A DNA stretch of 53,483 bases from a bacterium (GTDB taxonomy: Bacteria > Patescibacteriota > Minisyncoccia > UBA6257 > GWB1-50-10): NCBI GenBank assembly GCA_002686365.1, contig NZBZ01000020.1, positions 1 to 53,483 of the forward strand, in the 5' to 3' direction. The position numbers and the translations under genes are program-made. A model generated the notes under the pieces. The model was not told the DNA's origin, made no database searches, and saw only the letters and a program-made list of their open reading frames with translations. Below, piece by piece: positions 17,897-26,780 of this stretch (position 1 is its first letter; every line of letters begins with the position of its first letter).

Positions 17897-18125
17897 TTAG
17901 TACACAAAGGAGGCGTAATGCGCCTCCTTTGTGTATATATTATGAGAGGGAATCGAAGGGAACCCCGCCGCTCGCATTGCGAGGAGGAGGCGGGGTCCCA
18001 GGCCGCGGAGGAAAGATTTGCTTTAGCAAATCTTGTGGGAGCGGGATTCCCTCCCGCGGCACAAATAAAATTTCCAATGTATCAGTGTACTAGTACACTG
18101 ATACATTGGGATGAGGGGAGGGAGT
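17897..18125 (+). repeat. tRNA-Phe 3'-tail module
   Basis: 15-bp hairpin 17901-17935; antisense T-arm 17944-17957; exact 18-bp 3'-end duplicate 18045-18062; palindrome 18074-18109; second antisense 18116-18125. Confidence 0.85.
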
Positions 18126-18164
18126 AAAAAAATAGAGCGTCCTTTGGGAGGGAACGCTCTTTCG

Positions 18165-18512
18165 AAATGGGTGTGCGATGAGGAGGAGTAGCACCTCCCC
18201 GCAAACCGCCTAGGATGATTTACGTACCCTATTGGTAGATGTCTGGTTAACAGCCAGCTCTGCCAAAAGGATATCCTCAACGCACAAGCTTATGTCAGCG
18301 AACCATGCCAGAGGCGTTCCAGTAACAAGCGCGTGGGGATGCTCTTGTCGGGGAAGCATAAGGTTGGAATTCGCTGACACAAGTAAGATAGGCGAGAAAA
18401 AATCTGCATAGGCGTGCGCTTTTTTTGGTACGGTCTCATCCTGCGCTTATCAATGCCCATATCCGCAGGGTCGAACCCTAACGGAAACACAGACAATTCT
18501 CGCCACAAGCTA
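18165..18512 (-). ncRNA. Candidate ~340-nt structured non-coding RNA, unclassified
   Basis: Lies between the tRNA-Thr 3' end and a minus-strand terminator (18123-18161); several long-range helices; no convincing ORF. Confidence 0.4.
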
Positions 18513-18516
18513 GGAG

Positions 18517-18588
18517 TGCGCCCTACCGGGATTGAACCGGTGACCCACCGATTACGAGTCAGTTGCTCTACCTCTGAGCTAAGGACGC
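18517..18588 (-). tRNA. tRNA-Thr(CGT)
   Basis: GCGTCCT/AGGGCGC acceptor, loop CT-CGT-AA. Confidence 0.93.
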
Positions 18589-18597
18589 AAAAAAATA

Positions 18598-18674
18598 TGG
18601 AGGAGGGGGAGGGCCTCGAACCCCCGACCTCAGGACTGTCAGTCCCGCGCTCTATCCAACTGAGCTACCCCACC
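18598..18674 (-). tRNA. tRNA with GAC anticodon (nominally Val), atypical identity elements
   Basis: Full cloverleaf, loop CT-GAC-AG, CCA encoded; U3:U70 mismatch, U73, A20. Confidence 0.8.
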
Positions 18675-18743
18675 ATCATTTGTCGACGAACGAAACGTAA
18701 TAGTACCAAGCTGATTATATATGTCAAGAAAAGAAAAAAAATA

Positions 18744-18937
18744 GCATCCCCGGCAGGAATCAAACGTCGCTCATATTCATTCGCTCCCTCAAAACCCTCG
18801 GTTTTGAGTCCGCTCGCTTCGCTCGCTCATTCCAACACGGAGGGGGCCCGGCAGCTCCCCCTCCGACCCACCCCCTCGTTCGAGTCCTGGCGGGAAAAAC
18901 AATACAGCCAAGATAAAACTCGGCTGTATTGTTTCAG
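18744..18937 (-). repeat. tRNA-Arg 3'-tail module
   Basis: Hairpin 18895-18936; antisense T-arm 18878-18894; core 18784-18826 shared with the His module; 15-bp exact 3'-end duplicate 18744-18758. Confidence 0.85.
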
Positions 18938-19011
18938 CATCCCCGGCAGGACTCGAACCTGCAACCTACTCCTTAGAAGGGAGTCGCTCTATCCAGTTGA
19001 GCTACGGGGAC
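18938..19011 (-). tRNA. tRNA-Arg(TCT)
   Basis: GTCCCCG/CGGGGAT acceptor, A20, loop CT-TCT-AA. Confidence 0.95.
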
Positions 19012-19075
19012 TTAACTTTAACGTACCAATTTTATAGGAGACTTACAATAAACCTTCTAGCTTATACCTAATAGC

Positions 19076-19732
19076 TTATAAGCTTTGGTCAAATTGCCGC
19101 ATCCGCACAAGAAACTCTTCGTTTAGCTGATTAATAGTCTGAGTATTCTGATTTACCTCATCGAGTGTGCTTCCAATTATGTCTTGCTCTTCAAATGTTG
19201 AACGAAGCGCAATGGATCGCTCCAGGCTATCAAGAAATTCATTAAGATTTTTCGTGTACTGGATAAACTCACTCACAAGAGAAAGTTCTACAGCAATCGC
19301 CTCATAAGCAACACGCTGTGAGGAGACAGGGGAAACACGAATAAGAGATTCAGCAAGTCTTTGGAGATGCTCAGAAAGCTCAAAGGCATTTGAGAGCGCC
19401 TCTGCGTTATCATCTTTTGCTTCACGTACAAGATTGATAGCTTTTTCTATGCGCTCACCTCCTCCCTGAATATCTAAAAGGTTTACCTTTCGAATTTTTT
19501 CATTAGTGGAGCTGGTAAGCGTAACAATCTCTCGGCCAACAGCCGCAGCATCCTCACGGGCAAGCATGAACTCATCCGGAATAAAAACAGATCCCTGCTG
19601 TCCTGCAAAAAAATTTGAGGTAAAGATAACAAGCAGAGAAAACATAATAGCTAGGAAAACATAAAAAGGAGCTCCTTTGGGACGAAGGTTTTTTTTCAGA
19701 AGCGTAAATATAGTTTTAAGTCGTTGAGTCAT
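19076..19732 (-). CDS. Membrane-anchored coiled-coil hypothetical protein
   Basis: One N-terminal TM helix, helical/heptad-like body. Confidence 0.75.
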   Translation of the reverse strand: MTQRLKTIFTLLKKNLRPKGAPFYVFLAIMFSLLVIFTSNFFAGQQGSVFIPDEFMLAREDAAAVGREIVTLTSSTNEKIRKVNLLDIQGGGERIEKAINLVREAKDDNAEALSNAFELSEHLQRLAESLIRVSPVSSQRVAYEAIAVELSLVSEFIQYTKNLNEFLDSLERSIALRSTFEEQDIIGSTLDEVNQNTQTINQLNEEFLVRMRQFDQSL

Positions 19733-19855
19733 AAAAAGATTTTAAAAATATAATACATAAGAAAAGCAACAGATACAACTAAGGAAAGAGATTGTCATGA
19801 GAAATTCACAAAATCAATCGTCAATATATAAGGACAAGTGTATAATAATATCTAC

Positions 19856-20344
19856 ATGCTTACATTAGATGACATGGTTATACGACTGGCTGTTGCCATA
19901 ATTCTTGGCGCAATCGTAGGAGTCGAACGCGAAATGGTTGGAAAGGAGGCGGGAGTGCGCACCGATATAGTGGTTGCAGCAGGCGCAGCAATTTTTACAA
20001 TGATAGGCCTTTCACTTCCATACACTCTAAGCCTTTCTCCGGGCTTGGCTGAACGAGTAGTAGTAGAAAATAGCGGTTATCTAAGGATAATTGCAAATAT
20101 AGTAGTTGGTATTGGTTTCCTGGGGGCAGGCATTATTATTCATCAGGGGCCTCGTGTGCGGGGGCTTACAACGGCTGCTTCCGTGTGGTTTGTAGCAGCA
20201 ATTGGAGTCCTCGCAGGGATTGGCCTCATCGCATTTGCTGTAATAAGTACAATAGGAATGACTGCGCTTCTTATAATACTTCGCAAGATGGATTTATACA
20301 GCATAGTAGGGAGAAAGAAAAAGAAAAAAGGGAAAAAGAAATAA
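19856..20344 (+). CDS. MgtC/SapB family membrane protein (ORF track starts at 19838)
   Basis: GVERE...AGVRT, IANIVVGIGFLGAGII, GLTTAASVWFVAAIGVLAGIG. Confidence 0.92.
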   Translation: MLTLDDMVIRLAVAIILGAIVGVEREMVGKEAGVRTDIVVAAGAAIFTMIGLSLPYTLSLSPGLAERVVVENSGYLRIIANIVVGIGFLGAGIIIHQGPRVRGLTTAASVWFVAAIGVLAGIGLIAFAVISTIGMTALLIILRKMDLYSIVGRKKKKKGKKK

Positions 20345-20533
20345 AGCGCATTCGTTTGAACATATTTTCATGCTGCTATGCGTGGCATTTTTTATTTTCG
20401 CCTTCAACGCCCCCGCATTGAGCCGCGAGGTTACAAAAAGGAGGCGAAAATACCTCTTCGAGTCTGAAGACTTATCAGAGTCTGAACGACCTGAGCTTGT
20501 CGAAGGGTTACCATATACGATAAAGTAGATGTT

Positions 20534-21772
20534 ATGAAAAGAATTTACCTTGACTATTCTGCATCGTCTCCGGTAGACAAGCAGGTGCTAAAAGAAATGA
20601 CCCCGTACTTTACGGAGAAGTTTGGCAATGCCGGCTCGCTCCATAGCTTTGGGCAGGAAGCTGTACGAGCGCTTGATGTATCGCGGGAAGCATGCGCAAA
20701 AACAATCGGAGCAGACTTTAGGGAGGTTGTCTTTACAAGTTCAGCTACTGAAGCAAACAATCTTGCACTTCGCGGCACAGTGCAGGGAGTTAAAGATCCG
20801 CAAATTATTGTCTCAAGTATTGAACATGAGTCTGTGTTGGAGACTGCACGCGATCTTGAAGGCAATGGAGTGGAAGTTGTTTATCTGCCAGTAGACAAAA
20901 ACGGATTAGTAGATTTGAAAAAACTAAAAACATCTATAAATGAACGTACTGTCCTCGTCTCTATTATGTATGGAAACAATGTAATGGGAGCGATTCAGCC
21001 GATTCGCGAGATAGCAAACATAGTCCGAGAATTCCGGAAAGCTAATAAGCTAATGAAGCTTCCGCCAAAGGCGGATCAGCCTAAGGCTGAAAAAGCTAAA
21101 AGCTCACAAGTGGGGTATCCGCTCCTCCATACTGACGCTGTTCAATCTTTTCAGTATCTTGATTGTGATGTGGAGAGACTTGGTATTGACCTTATGTCAC
21201 TCTCTTCCCACAAAATCTACGGACCAAAAGGCGTTGGGCTTCTCTATGTCCGGGGCAACCGTGAGGCTAATGAAGCTAAAAGCTATAAGCTAAAAGCTAT
21301 TATTACAGGGGGAAAGCAGGAATTCGGATTCCGTTCAGGCACGCCTAATGTCGCAGGCATTGTTGGATTTACAAAAGCATTAGAAATAACAAAAGAAACA
21401 AGGAAAGAAGAAAATAGGAAAACAAAAGAACTAAAGGAATATCTTTGGAAAAAACTAAAAGAGAAAGTGTTGGATGTGGAAATAAATCCAGATACTGCAG
21501 CAAAAGGAAAAGACTCCTTCCTCCCCAGCATCATAAACATTCATTTTCCAAAAAGAGAATCCCAAGAAATTATTACACTTCTTGATGCAAGGGGAGTTGC
21601 TGTGTCTTCTGGGGCAGCCTGCTCAGTCCGCTCTGCAGGGCCTTCGTATGTTATAACCGCACTAGGTCTGTCCAAAGAGCGTCTCAATGGAAATATCCGC
21701 ATATCCTTGGGCAGACATACTACAAAGGAGGAAATTGACGAAGCAGTGAGGAGAATTACAATGGTAATATAA
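20534..21772 (+). CDS. iscS: IscS/NifS-type cysteine desulfurase (PLP, class V) with repeat-derived in-frame insertions
   Basis: YLDYSAS, FTSSATEANN, HTDAVQ, SSHKIYGPKGVG (PLP Lys), SSGAACS (catalytic Cys). Confidence 0.92.
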   Translation: MKRIYLDYSASSPVDKQVLKEMTPYFTEKFGNAGSLHSFGQEAVRALDVSREACAKTIGADFREVVFTSSATEANNLALRGTVQGVKDPQIIVSSIEHESVLETARDLEGNGVEVVYLPVDKNGLVDLKKLKTSINERTVLVSIMYGNNVMGAIQPIREIANIVREFRKANKLMKLPPKADQPKAEKAKSSQVGYPLLHTDAVQSFQYLDCDVERLGIDLMSLSSHKIYGPKGVGLLYVRGNREANEAKSYKLKAIITGGKQEFGFRSGTPNVAGIVGFTKALEITKETRKEENRKTKELKEYLWKKLKEKVLDVEINPDTAAKGKDSFLPSIINIHFPKRESQEIITLLDARGVAVSSGAACSVRSAGPSYVITALGLSKERLNGNIRISLGRHTTKEEIDEAVRRITMVI

Positions 21773-21919
21773 AGGTAGTGTTACTAAACCTTAAAAAAGT
21801 CGTAAGATAACATAAGGATAGGCCAATCCCAAAAAAGCACTAATAACACAAATGTACACTAATGACACCAATTCCAATTCGTGAAATTCGTGTCCATTAG
21901 CGCCATTAGTGAAATATAA

Positions 21920-22711
21920 ATGAAAGACTCAATAAAAAACTATCTGGGGATAGCCCTTATCGTCGCAGTCCTCGCAGTAGGATATGCGACCTTAAGCGGA
22001 GCAAACTCAATCTCAAAGTCGATAGATCCATCATCTCTACGGAGCTTTACAGTAAGCGCTGAAGGGGACACAGTAGCAGTCCCAGATGTAGCAGAGTTCT
22101 CTTTTAGTGTAATAACAGAAGGAGGAGAAGATTTGGGCGCGCTCCAAGGAGAAAATATAGAAAAGACAAATCAGGCAATTACATTCTTGAAAAAGAATGG
22201 AGTTGATGAGAAAGATATAAAAACATCTCAGTACTCCATAACCCCAAGGAGGAAGTACTATAACTGCTCAAGGGAGGTGATTGCAGGAGGAACGGTTGAT
22301 GAGTGTCCTCCGTCAGAAATCGTAGGATATACAATTACGCAGAGTGTATCTGTAAAAATCCGTGACTTCTCAAAAACAGGAAGTATTGTTGCAGGAGTAG
22401 TAGAAAATGGAGCAAATACAACAGGAGGATTAAGCTTTACAATTGACGATCCAACAAGTGTACAGAATGAAGCTCGAAAAGAGGCGATTGAAAAGGCCCA
22501 AGATAAGGCAAAAGCGATCGCGCGCGCTGCAGGATTTAGTCTCGGGCGTCTCATCTCAATAAATGAGGGAGGATACTACCCAGCGCCGAGAGCCTACGCA
22601 ATGCAGGTAGAAGCATTCGGCAAGGGAGGCGCAGAAGATGCTGTAGCAGCAATCGAACCAGGATCAGAAGAAATAACAGTAAGTGTCACCCTTACCTACG
22701 AGATAAAATAG
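21920..22711 (+). CDS. SIMPL (DUF541) domain exported protein
   Basis: VSAEG..VAVPDVA, DIKTSQYSI.P, GANTTGGLSFT, A..KA...A...G..LG. Confidence 0.9.
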   Translation: MKDSIKNYLGIALIVAVLAVGYATLSGANSISKSIDPSSLRSFTVSAEGDTVAVPDVAEFSFSVITEGGEDLGALQGENIEKTNQAITFLKKNGVDEKDIKTSQYSITPRRKYYNCSREVIAGGTVDECPPSEIVGYTITQSVSVKIRDFSKTGSIVAGVVENGANTTGGLSFTIDDPTSVQNEARKEAIEKAQDKAKAIARAAGFSLGRLISINEGGYYPAPRAYAMQVEAFGKGGAEDAVAAIEPGSEEITVSVTLTYEIK

Positions 22712-22852
22712 CAAGGGAGAAAGACGTATTATTAAGAACTTTGAGCAGCTTTGGGAGAAAAGCCAGAAGAGTTGTAAAAATCGAAAAAACGTGGCATAAT
22801 CTAGACAATGTTCCCCATAAGGGAGCATTGTCGTCTATAATATTTATATAAC

Positions 22853-25492
22853 ATGCCAAACTTTCACAGGTTTACAATAAAAGCCCAAGAGGCGCTTCAG
22901 AATGCGCAGGAAGTTGTTGCGCGCCACAATCATGGGGAGCTGGGAGCTCTTCATCTTTTGCACGCGCTTTTAAATGAGGAGCAGTCTCTCGTTCGTCCAA
23001 TGCTTGTGCGGGCAAATATAGACATCGCAGAAATAGAGATAGAAATCGAAAAAGAGCTGGAAAAAGTTCCAAAAGTAATCTCAGGAAAGGGGGCTGTTGG
23101 CCAGCTTTATCTTTCACAGGAACTCATGAAAATTTTAGATAAGGCAGCAGAGATTGCCATGAGGCAGAAAGATGATTTCATCTCATGTGAACATCTGATT
23201 CTTGCCCTCGTTGATATTCCCTCAAAAGCAGGGGAAGTTCTTGCGCGACACGGAGCGAGAAAAGACATCTTGACACGAACGCTCGCTGCTCTCCGTGGGT
23301 CTACGCGTGTTACAGATGAAATGCCTGAGTCAAAATTCCAAGTATTAGAGAAGTACGCCGTAAATATTACAGAGCAGGCAAAAGATGGAAAGCTTGATCC
23401 GGTAATTGGAAGAGAGGATGAGCTTCGGCGTCTCATGCAGATTCTTTCCCGCAGAACAAAAAACAATCCAGTGCTAATTGGTGAACCCGGAGTGGGGAAG
23501 ACTGCGGTTGTAGAAGGTCTTGCCCAAAGAATTGTTGCAGAGGAGGTGCCCGAATCTTTAAAAGACAAAGAGGTTGTAATGCTAGACATTGGCTCGCTTA
23601 TTGCAGGCACAAAGTTCCGTGGAGAGTTTGAAGATCGCTTCAAGGCATTCTTAAAAGAAGTTCAGAATTCCGCAGGCAAAATTATTCTTTTTATAGATGA
23701 GATACACATGATAGTTGGCGCAGGAGCAGCAGAGGGCGCAGTAGATGCCTCAAATATGTTAAAGCCAGCGCTTGCCAGAGGCGAGCTTCACGCAATAGGA
23801 GCAACAACGCTTAAGGAGTATCAGAAACATATTGAAAAAGATGCTGCCCTCGAAAGGCGCTTCCAGCCCATCTTTGTAGAAGAGCCGTCTATTGAAGACA
23901 GCCTTGCGATTCTTCGGGGTCTTAAGGAAAAGTATGAAATGCATCATGGCTTAAAGATAAGCGATGAAGCGCTTATTGCCGCAGTAAATCTTTCCGCAAG
24001 ATATATTTCAGATAGATTCCTTCCGGACAAGGCAGTAGATTTAATTGACGAGGCAGCAGCAGCGCGAGGACTTGAATCTGACAGCACCCCTGCTGAGATC
24101 GATAAGATGAGAAGAGAGATTACACGTCTTGAAATTGAAAAATCAGCGCTTAAAGGAGAGGACAAGGAGAAGGCAAAAACAAAAATAAAAGAAATCGAAA
24201 AAAAGCTAACAAAATTAAAAAAAGAAAATGACGAGCTCTCTGCAAAATGGCATGCGGAAAAACTCTCTGTAGAAAATCTCCACAGTCTTAGGAAAAATGT
24301 TGAGGATCTGAAGCGCGAGGCAGAAGTCGCAGAACGAGAGGGAAATTTGGAGCGGGTTGCTCAAGTTCTCTATGGAGAGCTTCCAAAAGCAGAAAAAGAA
24401 GTGCGCGCACTTGAGAAGAAGTATCTGGGAGCGAAAGGCAAGGACGCGTTCATAAAAGAATCTGTTGATGAAGAGGACATTGCGGGAGTGGTATCCAGAT
24501 GGACAGGAATTCCAATCTCAAGAATGCTCGAGTCAGAAACAAGAAAACTTTCTCGAATAAATAAAGAGATGGAAAAGGCAGTCGTAGGACAGAAAGAGGC
24601 AATAGATGCAGTCTCGAGAGCCCTAAAGCGTTCAAGAGCAGGCCTTGCAGACGAAGAAAGACCTTTAGCCTCATTTATGCTTTTAGGACCAACAGGAGTA
24701 GGAAAGACCTATCTTGCCCGAACTCTTGCAGAGTTCATGTTTAATGACGAGCGCGCCCTCATTCGTATTGATATGTCAGAATACATGGAGCGTCACGCTG
24801 TATCACGTCTTATAGGCTCGCCCCCAGGGTATGTTGGCCACGAAGAGGGAGGGCAGTTAACAGAAATCGTACGGCACAGACCTTATAGTCTTATTCTTTT
24901 TGATGAGATAGAAAAGGCTCACCCAGAAGCATTTAATATTCTTCTTCAAATTCTCGACAATGGACGTCTTACAGATGCAAAGGGGAAGACAGTAAACTTC
25001 AAAAACACTATTATCATCATGACCTCAAACGTAGGAGGTGAGTATTTCAAAGAAATCTCATCTTTGGGATTTGCAGCAAGCGAATCTGAGGAGGATGGCG
25101 CTAAGCAGAAAGAAGATGAGTTCCGAAATAAGGTAGGAGAGTCGCTTCGAGATACATTCAAGCCGGAATTTCTAAATCGACTTGATGAGACTATTATATT
25201 CAGACCGCTATCTCCGGCAAACATACGAAAGATTGTCTCAATACAGCTAAATGAGGTAAGAAAGAGACTCAAGAAAAAAGGAATTGAGCTGGGAGTTGAA
25301 AAAGATGTAGAAAAATACCTTGCAGTAGAAGGATTCGACCCAGAGTACGGCGCGCGCCCCATCAAGCGGCTTATAGAGAAGGTAATTGTCGACGCGCTGG
25401 CAGACAAACTTATTAAAGGAGATGTTAAAGAAGGTCAAAAAGTTAATATATCTCTGGACAGCAAAGCAAACAGAGTTGAGATTGGTATCTAA
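22853..25492 (+). CDS. clpB: ATP-dependent chaperone ClpB
   Basis: 879 aa; two AAA+ modules ([16 protein letters not shown]), KNNPVLIG, long coiled-coil M-domain, [11 protein letters not shown]. Confidence 0.93.
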   Translation: MPNFHRFTIKAQEALQNAQEVVARHNHGELGALHLLHALLNEEQSLVRPMLVRANIDIAEIEIEIEKELEKVPKVISGKGAVGQLYLSQELMKILDKAAEIAMRQKDDFISCEHLILALVDIPSKAGEVLARHGARKDILTRTLAALRGSTRVTDEMPESKFQVLEKYAVNITEQAKDGKLDPVIGREDELRRLMQILSRRTKNNPVLIGEPGVGKTAVVEGLAQRIVAEEVPESLKDKEVVMLDIGSLIAGTKFRGEFEDRFKAFLKEVQNSAGKIILFIDEIHMIVGAGAAEGAVDASNMLKPALARGELHAIGATTLKEYQKHIEKDAALERRFQPIFVEEPSIEDSLAILRGLKEKYEMHHGLKISDEALIAAVNLSARYISDRFLPDKAVDLIDEAAAARGLESDSTPAEIDKMRREITRLEIEKSALKGEDKEKAKTKIKEIEKKLTKLKKENDELSAKWHAEKLSVENLHSLRKNVEDLKREAEVAEREGNLERVAQVLYGELPKAEKEVRALEKKYLGAKGKDAFIKESVDEEDIAGVVSRWTGIPISRMLESETRKLSRINKEMEKAVVGQKEAIDAVSRALKRSRAGLADEERPLASFMLLGPTGVGKTYLARTLAEFMFNDERALIRIDMSEYMERHAVSRLIGSPPGYVGHEEGGQLTEIVRHRPYSLILFDEIEKAHPEAFNILLQILDNGRLTDAKGKTVNFKNTIIIMTSNVGGEYFKEISSLGFAASESEEDGAKQKEDEFRNKVGESLRDTFKPEFLNRLDETIIFRPLSPANIRKIVSIQLNEVRKRLKKKGIELGVEKDVEKYLAVEGFDPEYGARPIKRLIEKVIVDALADKLIKGDVKEGQKVNISLDSKANRVEIGI

Positions 25493-26186
25493 GACCGCCC
25501 TCTTTCTCGTAAGCATTGTTCTTATTCACGCTTTAGGATTCCACTGGTGGACAGTGGGAATATTTCTTGTAAGCGCGCTATGGGCATATGCCTCAGCCTC
25601 AATAGAGAGAAAAGCATTCCAAGCTTCTTTCCTCATACTCCTTGTCACAAGCATACTGCTTATTCAAAGGCTGGATACATGGGATTTCACAGCATTCTGG
25701 GAAGCGCTCATAATAGTAGGGATAGGAATTCTCTATTTTCTTTTTATTGGGCTTCTTGATCTTTTATTCCAAAACAGAAGGTCTGTATATGAGGCAGGAA
25801 CAACAATACTTGTATTCTTTACAATTCTCTCAATAGCTCATCTCATATCCTCAGATACAATCTGGGCATTTACTTTAGTGCTTGTAGTATTTATAAGTCT
25901 TCTCATGAGAGAACATGTAAGAATAGAAGGCGCGTCAAAAAAGAAAAGTATTGCTATTGGTATAGCTTCAGCTCTTATTATTGGAGAGCTTGCCTGGATA
26001 GTAAGCTTTTTGCCTTTACACATACTAAGTTTTACTGCGTTTATTGTTCTTATCTACCTTATGCTAAAAACAGTATTAGGAGCGCATAGAGAGGGGAGAC
26101 TAGATGTGAAGAATTCTCTTACTCAGGCACTTATATTTGTATGTATAATCCTTATAATTCTAGGCACAGGAATGTGGAGTATATAA
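25386..26186 (+). CDS. Polytopic membrane protein, unknown function (true start probably near the clpB stop)
   Basis: ~8 hydrophobic segments. Confidence 0.7.
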   Translation: MSTRWQTNLLKEMLKKVKKLIYLWTAKQTELRLVSKTALFLVSIVLIHALGFHWWTVGIFLVSALWAYASASIERKAFQASFLILLVTSILLIQRLDTWDFTAFWEALIIVGIGILYFLFIGLLDLLFQNRRSVYEAGTTILVFFTILSIAHLISSDTIWAFTLVLVVFISLLMREHVRIEGASKKKSIAIGIASALIIGELAWIVSFLPLHILSFTAFIVLIYLMLKTVLGAHREGRLDVKNSLTQALIFVCIILIILGTGMWSI

Positions 26187-26242
26187 ACGAAAAGAAAAGC
26201 GCAGAAAGCTGAAGAACCGCTTATATAAAAGGATAATAAGAC

Positions 26243-26411
26243 TTATCCACAGTGTAACGTATTAAGAAAACCAAGTAACGTTTGCAAGCGTTACTTCGTT
26301 ATATATAGTGAAAAACACAGATAAACAGTAACTTTTCCACACTACCCTGCTTGACTGCACGAAAGAGAATAAAGTAATGTAATAAAAAGCCTGTTCCACT
26401 CCTTGTCCACA
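26243..26411 (+). promoter_or_regulatory. Cluster of DnaA-box-like 9-mers
   Basis: TTATCCACA 26243-26251, TTTTCCACA 26333-26341, TTGTCCACA 26403-26411. Confidence 0.45.
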
Positions 26412-26780
26412 AGGAAAAAGAAACAGGCGGTCCGGAGTGAGGCTGGACCAAGGTTAGCTGATAGCTTATAGCTTTTAGCTTGTTAGGAAAAAAACAGGAC
26501 GTTGTTGTACGTTCGCATGTTCGTATCCTAATGAAGCTAATAGCTTCCGCCCAAGGCGGATCCGCCTCTGGCGGAAATGAAGCTAAAACTCTAACATCAG
26601 CCTCGCTCAAAGCGAGTTTTTTTATTCTTTTATCAATATAGTCATAAAAAACCTTTTTCACGGTATTTCAGTCGAAAACTGTGAAAAGGAACTGAAATAA
26701 ATAAAGGTCGAACTCGAACTGCAAAGTCGAGTAAAAAATACCAATTAATTATATATACAGCACGAATCAAAGAATACATT

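Noticed and set aside
18165-18512. Calling this region tmRNA, RNase P RNA or SRP RNA
   Set aside because: No GGGG start, G3:U70 pair or plausible tag peptide; no GAGGAAAGUCC or SRP GNRA/GGAAG helix-8 motif.
18414-19037. 207-aa plus-strand ORF
   Set aside because: It is antisense to three tRNAs and a repeat module; a shadow ORF.
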